This document shows positions 11,300 to 19,435 of a stretch of DNA of 64,000 bases, piece after piece. The notes under the pieces are model-generated. The model had not been told where the DNA came from. It was given only the letters and a program-made list of their open reading frames with translations, and did not search any database. Source of the DNA: an uncultured delta proteobacterium (GTDB lineage Bacteria; Myxococcota_A; Polyangia; Fen-1088); NCBI GenBank assembly GCA_963737265.1, contig CAVTRY010000016.1:320001-384000 (forward strand), written 5' to 3'. Each line of letters starts with the position of its first letter. Positions within the stretch are counted from its first letter, which is position 1. Position numbers and translations under genes: made by a program.

Positions 11300-12772
11300 A
11301 TGACGCCACCATCGCCTCCTACCCCACCCTTCCTGGATGAAATGTACGGCCCGGGCACCTTGGACGACTTCGCGGGACGTCGGGCATCCGGCCAGGTGCG
11401 CGCCCCTTACCGCCACATCGACGAATGGCTACGGTCCACCGACCAGGCCGACTTCGCCAGCAAAAGGGAGGAAGCCGATCTGATTTTCCGCCGCGTGGGC
11501 ATTACCTTCAACGTGTACGGCGACAACGCCGGTACCGAACGACTGATTCCCTTCGACATCATTCCGCGTGTGCTGGCCGCCGACGAGTGGTCGCGCTTGG
11601 CTGCGGGGCTGGTGCAACGGGTGAAAGCGCTGAATATGTTCCTGCACGACATCTACCATGGGCAGGACGTGGTTCGCGCGGGCGTGGTGCCCGAGGCGCA
11701 CCTGCTGCGCAATTCGCTCTTTCGCCCCGAGATGAAGGGCGTGGACGTGCCCGGCAATATCTACGTGCACATCGCGGGCATCGACATCGTGCGCGTCGAG
11801 GAAGGCACCTTCTACGTCTTGGAAGACAACCTGCGCACGCCATCGGGCGTGTCCTACATGCTGCAAAATCGGGCGGTCATGATGCGCCTGTTCCCGCACG
11901 TCTTCGCCAAGGCGCGCGTGGCTCCGGTGGACCACTACTGCCAAGAACTGCTGCGCTGCCTGCGCTCGGTTGCCCCGGCCAGCACCGAGGGCGAGCCGAC
12001 TGTGGTGGTGATGACCCCGGGCCCCTACAACAGCGCCTATTTCGAGCACACGTTCTTGGCCGAACAAATGGGCGTCGAGCTGGCGGAAGGGCAGGATCTC
12101 TTCGTGCGCGACAATGCGGTCTACATGCGCACCACCTTGGGGCCACGGCGGGTGGACGTGATCTATCGCCGCATCGACGACGACAGCCTGGATCCCCTCG
12201 CCTTTCGCCCCGACAGCATGCTGGGCGTGCCGGGCCTGCTCAGCGTCTACCACAACGGTGGCGTGACCCTGGCCAACGCCATCGGCACCGGCGTGGCCGA
12301 CGACAAGTCGAGCTATCCCTATGTGCCCGACCTCATCAAATTCTACCTCGGCGAAACACCCATTCTCGGCAACGTGCCCACCTATCGCTGTTCGATCGAC
12401 AGCGACAGAGCCTACGTGCTCGAACACCTGCCCGAATTGGTGGTCAAGCAAACCCAAGGGTCGGGCGGGTACGGCATGCTCATCGGTCCGCGCAGCACGC
12501 GCGAAGAGCAGGCCAAGTTTCGTGCGCTCGTCACCGCCCACCCCGATGGCTACATCGCCCAACCCACGCTGGCGCTTTCGTCCTGCCCGACTTTCGTCGA
12601 GGAAGGCATCGCGCCGCGCCACATCGATCTGCGGCCGTTCATTCTGACCGGGCAGAACGGCAGCGTGGTGGTGCCGGGTGGTCTCACGCGCGTGGCACTC
12701 AGCCGCGGCTCCCTCGTCGTCAATTCATCTCAGGGCGGTGGCACCAAGGACACCTGGGTGCTGCGTCCATGA
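11300..12772 (+). CDS. Circularly permuted type 2 ATP-grasp protein (standalone)
   Basis: GITFNVY, ERLIPFD, LEDNLRTPSGVSY, YRRIDDD, GVADDK, GSGGYGM, PGGLTRVAL, VNSSQGGGTKDTWV. Confidence 0.95.
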   Translation: MTPPSPPTPPFLDEMYGPGTLDDFAGRRASGQVRAPYRHIDEWLRSTDQADFASKREEADLIFRRVGITFNVYGDNAGTERLIPFDIIPRVLAADEWSRLAAGLVQRVKALNMFLHDIYHGQDVVRAGVVPEAHLLRNSLFRPEMKGVDVPGNIYVHIAGIDIVRVEEGTFYVLEDNLRTPSGVSYMLQNRAVMMRLFPHVFAKARVAPVDHYCQELLRCLRSVAPASTEGEPTVVVMTPGPYNSAYFEHTFLAEQMGVELAEGQDLFVRDNAVYMRTTLGPRRVDVIYRRIDDDSLDPLAFRPDSMLGVPGLLSVYHNGGVTLANAIGTGVADDKSSYPYVPDLIKFYLGETPILGNVPTYRCSIDSDRAYVLEHLPELVVKQTQGSGGYGMLIGPRSTREEQAKFRALVTAHPDGYIAQPTLALSSCPTFVEEGIAPRHIDLRPFILTGQNGSVVVPGGLTRVALSRGSLVVNSSQGGGTKDTWVLRP

Positions 12773-12809
12773 CGACAATGACGCCCATGAACGGAGAGCG
12801 AGACTAGCT

Positions 12810-13748
12810 ATGCTCAGCCGAACCGCCGACAATCTGTACTGGACCGGGCGCTACATGGAACGCGCCGAGAACCTGGCCCGCGTGCTCGACGTCAGCTACC
12901 GCAACGCCCTGCTCGACCTGGCGGGCTCGTCGCCCGAGAGCGAATGGCGAGATGCCCTGGCGAGCCTCGGCAATCCGCCCCAGTTCACTGCGCGCGATCA
13001 GAAATTGAACGAGGCCGACGTCACGCGCTTCTTCACCCTCGACGTCGAAAGTCCGTGCAGCATCAAGTTCTGCGTGCACGCCGCGCGGGAAAATGCCCGT
13101 GCCTTGCGCGCGGTGATTTCGACCGAGATGTGGGAAAGCATCAACACGACGTGGCTTGCGTTGCGCGATCTCGACGAGACTTCCCTGTACGCGCGCGGGC
13201 TGCGCGAATTTTTCGACTGGGTCAAGGATCGCTCGCACCTCTTTCGCGGCGTCTCGCACGGCACCACCTTGCACGACGACGCCTTCCACTTCCTGCGTCT
13301 CGGAACCTTCCTGGAACGAGCCGACAGCACCGCACGCTTGCTCGACACCAAGTATCAGGCGTTGGCGGGCATGGACGCGGAGGCCGCGGGCGCCACCTAC
13401 TACGCCTGGGGCGCGGTCTTGCGCCAGGCCAGCGCCTTCCGCGCCTATCACCAGACCTACCACGACGTCATCACCCCGCCGCGCGTGGCCGAGTTGCTGA
13501 CCCTGCGCCTGGAGATGCCGCGCAGCCTGCGTTTTTGCGCCAATCAGGTCGTCGAGCACCTGGATTCCCTGGCAGGAAACCGCGACCTCGAAGCGCAGCG
13601 CTTGGCCGGCGAGCTGCACGCGCGCCTGCGCTTTGCCCGCATCGACCGCGTGCTCAGCCAGGGACTGCACGATTTTCTTAGCGAAGTCACCCAGCGAATT
13701 ACCGGTCTTTCCACCCAACTAGCCCAAGACTTCCTCATGACCGTTTGA
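12810..13748 (+). CDS. Alpha-E domain protein (DUF403)
   Basis: MLSRTADNLYWTGRYMERAEN, ARENAR, LGTFLERAD, PRSLRF. Confidence 0.93.
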   Translation: MLSRTADNLYWTGRYMERAENLARVLDVSYRNALLDLAGSSPESEWRDALASLGNPPQFTARDQKLNEADVTRFFTLDVESPCSIKFCVHAARENARALRAVISTEMWESINTTWLALRDLDETSLYARGLREFFDWVKDRSHLFRGVSHGTTLHDDAFHFLRLGTFLERADSTARLLDTKYQALAGMDAEAAGATYYAWGAVLRQASAFRAYHQTYHDVITPPRVAELLTLRLEMPRSLRFCANQVVEHLDSLAGNRDLEAQRLAGELHARLRFARIDRVLSQGLHDFLSEVTQRITGLSTQLAQDFLMTV

Positions 13749-13760
13749 ACGGAGCCCGCC

Positions 13761-14660
13761 ATGCGATTGTCCATCGTTCACGAAACCAAGTACCGTTACG
13801 CCACGCCCGCCAATTACACCATTCAATACGTGCGCCTGTCGCCGCAATCGACGATTCAGCAAAAAGTCCTCAATTGGAAATTGGACTTGCCCGGACCCGC
13901 GCGGCCTTTTCTCGACGGCTTCGGCAACACCGCGCACGTCCTCGTCATCGACAAGCCTCACCAGGAAATTCGCATCCGTGCCCGCGGCGAGGTGGAAGTG
14001 GCGGACGAGCCGCTGACCCTGCCCGACATGGGACCGCACCGGCCCGAGATCTACATGCGATCGACCGAGTTGACCGCCCAGGACGAAGCGCTGATGCGTT
14101 TTTCGGATGGCTTTCGCCGCCAGACGACGAACGATCGCGTCGGCGGGATGGAGTCGCTGATGGCCGCCGTGCGCGAGAAGGTCGACTACCGACCCGGCGT
14201 CACCCAGGTGACGACGCCCGCCGCCCAAGCCTTCGCCCGCGGCGCCGGCGTGTGCCAGGATCACGCGCACGTGTTCGTCTCCTGCTGCCGCCAATTGAAC
14301 GTTCCCGCCCGCTACGTCAGCGGCTACCTGGCGCCCAAGAACCGCGTGACCGACAGCGACGGAAAGCGACAAGAGATGGCCAGCCACGCCTGGGCCGAAG
14401 CGTGGATCGACGGCGTCGGTTGGCAAGGCTTCGACGTGGCCAATCAGGTGCGCGCCCACGGCCGCCACGTGCGCGTGGCCGTCGGCCTCGACTACCTGGA
14501 CGCCTGCCCGGTGCGTGGCTTTCACCGCGGCGGCAGCGGCGAATCCATGGGCGTCGAGGTCCAAGTCAACGAAACCATGTATCGCGAAGACGGACAAAAC
14601 CAGGCCAACGCCGCGGCCGCAAGCGACGAGCTTCAACAACAACAACAACAACAACAGTAG
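13761..14660 (+). CDS. Transglutaminase-like protein with a poly-Gln tail
   Basis: IVHETKYRY, GVCQDHAH, RYVSGYL, SHAWAE, GLDYLDACP; ends in Q8. Confidence 0.92.
   Translation: MRLSIVHETKYRYATPANYTIQYVRLSPQSTIQQKVLNWKLDLPGPARPFLDGFGNTAHVLVIDKPHQEIRIRARGEVEVADEPLTLPDMGPHRPEIYMRSTELTAQDEALMRFSDGFRRQTTNDRVGGMESLMAAVREKVDYRPGVTQVTTPAAQAFARGAGVCQDHAHVFVSCCRQLNVPARYVSGYLAPKNRVTDSDGKRQEMASHAWAEAWIDGVGWQGFDVANQVRAHGRHVRVAVGLDYLDACPVRGFHRGGSGESMGVEVQVNETMYREDGQNQANAAAASDELQQQQQQQQ
14634..14657 (+). repeat. (CAA)7-CAG microsatellite encoding poly-Gln
   Basis: caacaacaacaacaacaacaacag immediately before the TAG stop. Confidence 0.9.
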
Positions 14661-14769
14661 TTCTTTCGGCGCCAGGATTCGTGCGCCGTTCTGATTATGA
14701 CTCAACGCACCTCAACGATGATTTACCGATCGACCTGCCTGGTTCGTTTACGCTCACGCGGTCGGCAAA

Positions 14770-15711
14770 CTAGAGTCCCTCTGTTTTTCGTGTTCGACGA
14801 AGACGCACGGTGAAGACCGCGCCACCAAGCGGCGATGTGCCCACTTCCAGCGTACCGCCTTGCGCCTGCACGGCAGCCCGGACGCTGAGCAGTCCGAGTC
14901 CCAGTCCCTGCGGCTTGCTGGTCTCGAAGGCTGCGAAGATACTCTCGCGCCGGTCGACGGGGATGCCCGGGCCGTTGTCATGAACTTCCAGACGCACGTG
15001 CGTGGAATCGGAAGCCAGCACGAGGCGCAAAACGCCCTTCGTTGCACACGCGTCGGCCGCGTTCAGCACGAGATTCGCAATGATCTGCTCGAATAGGACG
15101 ACGTCGATCTCGGCCACCGCCTCGGAACAAATGTCGGTTTCGATGCGGCGATCGTGAAGGCGGGGAAGCTTGGAAAGTGCGCGAAGCATTGATCGCGCAA
15201 TCGGCACCAAATCGCACTGCTCGGTTTGTAGGAATCGTTCGCCGCGCGCCGTGCGCGCCAAGCGCAGCGCAAGCTCGCGCCCCCGCGCGATGGCCTCTGC
15301 CGCACCCCGAAGTCGCGCTGAAATCGTCTGGGCGTCGGAGCTGCCCTGAACCTCCGTGATGGCGAACGCGGCGACCATGAGCGCGTTGTTGAAATCATGC
15401 GCAACGCCAGCCGCCAGCTCGCCCGCTAGCACCCGGCTCTGCACGCTGATGGTCGCTTGAAACAGGCGTTGCCGCTCCTCGATAGCACGCTGAAGCCGTC
15501 GGAGTATCAACCAAGCTGCGAGAAAGAGCAGCACGGCGGTCGCAAGGACGAACGCCAGTCCCTTGAGCCGCTCGATCCGCGCCAGATCATGGACGTCGGC
15601 CGCGATGCGGGCCGCGATGACTCCGGAAAGCCAAATGTAGGCTGCCGCAGTCAGCCCGTACGCAAAAGCTAGAGCGAAAGCATTGCGAAGCGGCTTGACC
15701 TGCAAATGCAT
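14770..15711 (-). CDS. Membrane-bound sensor histidine kinase with no adjacent regulator
   Basis: Two N-terminal TM segments, H-box GVAHDFNN, N-box NLVLNAADA, DNGPG, GLGLGL. Confidence 0.9.
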   Translation of the reverse strand: MHLQVKPLRNAFALAFAYGLTAAAYIWLSGVIAARIAADVHDLARIERLKGLAFVLATAVLLFLAAWLILRRLQRAIEERQRLFQATISVQSRVLAGELAAGVAHDFNNALMVAAFAITEVQGSSDAQTISARLRGAAEAIARGRELALRLARTARGERFLQTEQCDLVPIARSMLRALSKLPRLHDRRIETDICSEAVAEIDVVLFEQIIANLVLNAADACATKGVLRLVLASDSTHVRLEVHDNGPGIPVDRRESIFAAFETSKPQGLGLGLLSVRAAVQAQGGTLEVGTSPLGGAVFTVRLRRTRKTEGL

Positions 15712-15792
15712 AGTGCCGCCGCGATTCTATCAGCGAAAGGCCCGAAGAAGCGATCATCGCGTCTCGCCGCTCGCACGAGCGATTGGAAAGGG

Positions 15793-16347
15793 TTACTTGG
15801 CCGGCGCGGGCGGCGCGGGCGTTACCCTCTTCCTCGGAATAAATGTCGGCCGCAAGCCCTCGATGATTTGGATCTTGGCGGAGTTGGGATCGCGGCGCAT
15901 ATCCATGTTCTTGATGCGTTCGAGCGTGTTCTTGAGGATGACCATGCGGCCGTGCTCGGCCTCGTCGCAGGGAGCAATCGATCCCGATTCGCACAGGGCG
16001 AGAGCGCGCATAGCCTCGCTGTAGGCGTAGGCCGCCTCGAAATGATCGACGAAGGCCACGCTGCGCGCGTGGTGGAGGCGATGATCGTCGGGATGCGCAG
16101 CAAGCGCCGAATCCAGCGTCGGCAGCGCCCATTCTGGATGGCCGACGTCCATGAAAATGCCGGCGAGGTTGAGCGCCGTCACGGTATCGTCGGGCGTGGC
16201 CATCAACTGGGCCTGAAGCTCGGCGATGCGCTGGCGGGCCGGCGAGTTGTCGGGCACCGCTGGCTTCACCTTCACGTCCGGTCTGGGCATGAGGATCGCC
16301 ACCGCCAGAAGCACTAGGATCGCCAAATCGAGAATGCGAGTGACCAC
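15793..16347 (-). CDS. Hypothetical membrane-anchored protein, TPR-like
   Basis: N-terminal hydrophobic helix followed by helical repeats (PDDTVTALNLA, HPDDHRLH). Confidence 0.6.
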   Translation of the reverse strand: MVTRILDLAILVLLAVAILMPRPDVKVKPAVPDNSPARQRIAELQAQLMATPDDTVTALNLAGIFMDVGHPEWALPTLDSALAAHPDDHRLHHARSVAFVDHFEAAYAYSEAMRALALCESGSIAPCDEAEHGRMVILKNTLERIKNMDMRRDPNSAKIQIIEGLRPTFIPRKRVTPAPPAPAK

Positions 16348-16491
16348 CGTGCCCTACTCGTACCGCAAACCCGCGGCGCGGTCCAGCGACCTGGTCCGTC
16401 CGTAATCCCGCGACAAGCGCAGCGACGTCGCGGAAGGCGGCAGAAAAAGGCGCCTTTCCAGGATGGACGGGCCCCCCAGTTGGAGCGATGA

Positions 16492-16581
16492 ATGGTGGTC
16501 GTAAACGTCGTCGTGGTCGTGGTCGTGGTCGTGGCCCTGGCCGTGGCCGACGAAGATCACTCCGGCCACGGCCACAACCTT
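16492..16581. repeat. Hexamer-based palindromic intergenic element, copy 1
   Basis: (GTGGTC)n arm, GTGGCCCTGGCCG, AAGATCAC core, inverted GGCCAC arm; related to 52981-53073. Confidence 0.7.
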
Positions 16582-16879
16582 CTGCGCCTGTCGCGGGATT
16601 GCGGTCCGCGCATGGTCCGCCCCATTTCTCCCCAGGCTGTGGTAAAAAGCCCCGGTCTCGAAAAGCCTCTATGCCCGAACCAGCGGGATTATTGCCTAGA
16701 CAAGATTTTCTGGCTGTGGCATCTGGAATGCACTCGTACTGCCTGGGCCTATTTGGGTGTGGCGATTACCCCCGGGGCGAACCTAGATTTTCCAACCGCT
16801 TTTCTGTTCTTGTTTGGTCGGTGGTGTGTGGGTGGAAAAGCACTGTCCGCGTCACCGACGAAAGACCGAAGGAGGAACC

Positions 16880-17521
16880 ATGACCGTTTTGAAGCTACTG
16901 GCCGATGCCTTCCACGAAGGCGGGTGGGGAATGTGGCCCATCCTCACGCTCCTCATGATTACGGTGTCCATCATCACCGAACGCGCGGTCGTTCTCCGCA
17001 AGGCAGTCATCGACAAGGACAAACTGCTCGCCCTCCTTCGCTCGCAGATTTCGCAGGGCAACATCCAAGGCGCGATCAAGGTTTGCTCCGGCAACCCGAC
17101 GCCGCTCACCCGCATCGTGCAGACCGGTCTCATGCGCGCTAACCGCTCCGAAGCCGAAATCGTGTCGGCCATGGAAGAGTCTTCGCTGCGCGAGTTGCCC
17201 GCCGTCGAGAAGCGAACGGGCTACCTCGCCATGCTGGGAAACCTGGCGACCCTGGCCGGCCTTCTCGGCACCATCACGGGTCTTATCAAGTCGTTCGCCG
17301 GCGTCGCCGGTGTCGACCCGTCGCAGAAAGCAACCCTGCTGTCGAAAGGCATCTCCGAGGCCATGAACTGCACGGCTTTCGGCCTCGGTACCGGAATCAT
17401 CGGCCTCGCGTCCTTCGCCTGGCTGAACGGCAAGACCCAGGGAATTCTCGACGATATCGCGGAAATGAAGAAGAACGTGGTCAACCTCGTCGCTAGCGCC
17501 AAAGCCGCCAAGCACGGGTAA
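16880..17521 (+). CDS. aglR: MotA/TolQ/ExbB proton channel, AglR-like paralog 1
   Basis: RBS GGAGG; EGGWGMWPI, GNLATLAGLLGTITGLIKSF, GISEAMNCTAFGL. Confidence 0.85.
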   Translation: MTVLKLLADAFHEGGWGMWPILTLLMITVSIITERAVVLRKAVIDKDKLLALLRSQISQGNIQGAIKVCSGNPTPLTRIVQTGLMRANRSEAEIVSAMEESSLRELPAVEKRTGYLAMLGNLATLAGLLGTITGLIKSFAGVAGVDPSQKATLLSKGISEAMNCTAFGLGTGIIGLASFAWLNGKTQGILDDIAEMKKNVVNLVASAKAAKHG

Positions 17522-17564
17522 ACATCAACCAGTTTCGAAACGCCAAGGAAAAGGAGATCTAGCA

Positions 17565-18200
17565 ATGTTTTTGATGGAAGCTTTCAAAGAGGGCGGCTGG
17601 GGCATGTACCCAATTCTTCTGCTCTGCTGCATTACAATCTATCTCACGATCGAGCGCGCCTCGTTCTTGGCCAAGTCCAAGATTGACGTGGACAAGCTGA
17701 TGTCGCTGGTCAAGTCCCAGATCGTCGGCGGCAACCTGCGCGGCGCCATTTCAACCTGCGATGCCACCCCGACGGGCGTCACCAAGATCATCGCGGCCGG
17801 CTTGCGCAAGGCCGAGCAGAATGCATCCGAGCACGAGATCCAGCAGGGTATGGATGAAGAGGCTCTGCGCGAGCTGCCCAAGATCGAGAAGCGAACGGGC
17901 TATCTCGCCATGCTGGGAAACCTGGCGACCCTGGCCGGCCTCCTCGGCACCATCACCGGCCTCATCAAGTCGTTCGCGTCGGTCGCGGGCGTCGATCCGT
18001 CGATGAAGGCGACCATGCTCTCGAAAGGTATCTCCGAGGCCATGAACTGCACCGCCTTCGGTCTCGGCACCGGTATCTTGGGTCTGGCTGCCTACGCCGT
18101 GCTCAACGGCAAGACCCAGCACATCCTCGACGGTGTCAACCAAGCCACGGTTGAGGCGCTCAATCTCGTCGTTGCCGGCAAAGATGCCGGTCGTCGCTAA
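17565..18200 (+). CDS. aglR: MotA/TolQ/ExbB proton channel, AglR-like paralog 2
   Basis: RBS AGGAG; EGGWGMYPI and the same TM2/TM3 motifs as paralog 1. Confidence 0.85.
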   Translation: MFLMEAFKEGGWGMYPILLLCCITIYLTIERASFLAKSKIDVDKLMSLVKSQIVGGNLRGAISTCDATPTGVTKIIAAGLRKAEQNASEHEIQQGMDEEALRELPKIEKRTGYLAMLGNLATLAGLLGTITGLIKSFASVAGVDPSMKATMLSKGISEAMNCTAFGLGTGILGLAAYAVLNGKTQHILDGVNQATVEALNLVVAGKDAGRR

Positions 18201-18262
18201 CATCCGCTGAACAGCAAACGTCCTAGGGGCGGCGCTTTCCGCCCCCAGACCGGAGCAAAACC

Positions 18263-18736
18263 ATGAGCGTTTCAGTCGAATCAGGCAATAAGAGTGGCAA
18301 GAAGTCACTCAACGCTGACCTGAATCTAGTTCCCTACATCGACCTGCTCACCTGCATGGTCGCATTCCTCCTCATCACCGCAGTTTGGACGCAGCTCGCG
18401 CGCCTGCAGACCCAGCAAAAGGGCCAGGGTCAGGCAGGAGAAGAAACTCCGCCAGAGTTGCAGGTCAAAATCGTCGTTTTGGTGAATCAGGAAGGATTTA
18501 ACCTGGTCGTTGGCCAGGATCAAACACCGATCCCCAAGAAGGGTTCGGACTATGACTTCGAACGGCTCGCCGCCGAGCTCAAGAAGGTCAAGGACACTCA
18601 CCCTGACAAGAACGATGCCCAGGTGGCTTCCGAAGACACCATCAAATTCGAAACCTTGGTCCGCGCCATGGACACCGCGATGCAAGCGAGATTCCCTGAC
18701 ATCTCGCTTATCGACACCGGTGCGGCGGGAATCTAG
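18263..18736 (+). CDS. aglQ: ExbD/TolR family protein, AglQ-like
   Basis: LNLVPYIDLLTCMVAFLLITAVW with the essential TM Asp; follows aglR. Confidence 0.8.
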   Translation: MSVSVESGNKSGKKSLNADLNLVPYIDLLTCMVAFLLITAVWTQLARLQTQQKGQGQAGEETPPELQVKIVVLVNQEGFNLVVGQDQTPIPKKGSDYDFERLAAELKKVKDTHPDKNDAQVASEDTIKFETLVRAMDTAMQARFPDISLIDTGAAGI

Positions 18737-18748
18737 CGAGGCCTGACC

Positions 18749-19318
18749 ATGCCAATCGAAGCACCCAAAGCGCACCTTTATCACTCCATCAAGCTCGAGG
18801 TGGCCTCGAACAAACTCGGCCACGGCGGGCGCAAGAGCACCAACTCGGCGCTCAATCTGGTGGCCTACATCGACATGATGACGATGCTCGTTATCTTCCT
18901 CCTCATGTCGTTCTCGGCCTCCGGTGAAATTCTCTTCGTGCAGAAGAACATCACCCTGCCCGACGCGCAGAACTGGAGCGACCTCGAGCGCGCACCCGTC
19001 ATCGGCGTCACCAAGGACGTCGTTACGCTGGACGGTCGGCAGGTCGCCACGGGCGAAGATCTCCTCAAGGACTCCGCCACGGGCGACATGAAGATCACCG
19101 AGCTGCACGACGAGCTCGTCACCGCCAAAAACAACTACAAGCTCCTTCACCCGGCCGAGGACTTCAAAGGCGTTTGCATCATTCAATCCGACAAGAGCGT
19201 CGAATTTAAGATGCTACGCAAGGTGATGTTCTCCGCCGCAGCCGCCGGTTACCAGAACGTGAACTTCGCGGTTCGTCCCAAGGCCAAGGGAGGCGCAGCC
19301 GCGCCAGCCGCCGAGTAG
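18749..19318 (+). CDS. aglS: ExbD/TolR family protein, AglS-like
   Basis: LNLVAYIDMMTMLVIFLLMSFSASGE, ITLPDA, QSDKSVEF. Confidence 0.8.
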   Translation: MPIEAPKAHLYHSIKLEVASNKLGHGGRKSTNSALNLVAYIDMMTMLVIFLLMSFSASGEILFVQKNITLPDAQNWSDLERAPVIGVTKDVVTLDGRQVATGEDLLKDSATGDMKITELHDELVTAKNNYKLLHPAEDFKGVCIIQSDKSVEFKMLRKVMFSAAAAGYQNVNFAVRPKAKGGAAAPAAE

Positions 19319-19366
19319 CGAGAGGCGAGGAAGCCCCTCGCCTTCCTTCGCGCAGTCTGTCTCCTC

Positions 19367-19403
19367 GCGGCCGGCTCCCCAAGGGGTCGGCCGCAGGTTT
19401 TTT
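19367..19403 (+). terminator. Putative intrinsic terminator after aglS
   Basis: GC stem GCGGCCG...CGGCCGC followed by a T run; a second hairpin AGGCGAGG/CCTCGCCT at 19323-19343. Confidence 0.6.
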
Positions 19404-19435
19404 GTGGCGTTTCTCTTTTCTCGGGAGGTGCATTG

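Noticed and set aside
16354-16575. His/Asp-rich ORF (HDHDHDHD) and the opposite poly-Val ORF
   Set aside because: Translation by-products of the hexamer repeat element
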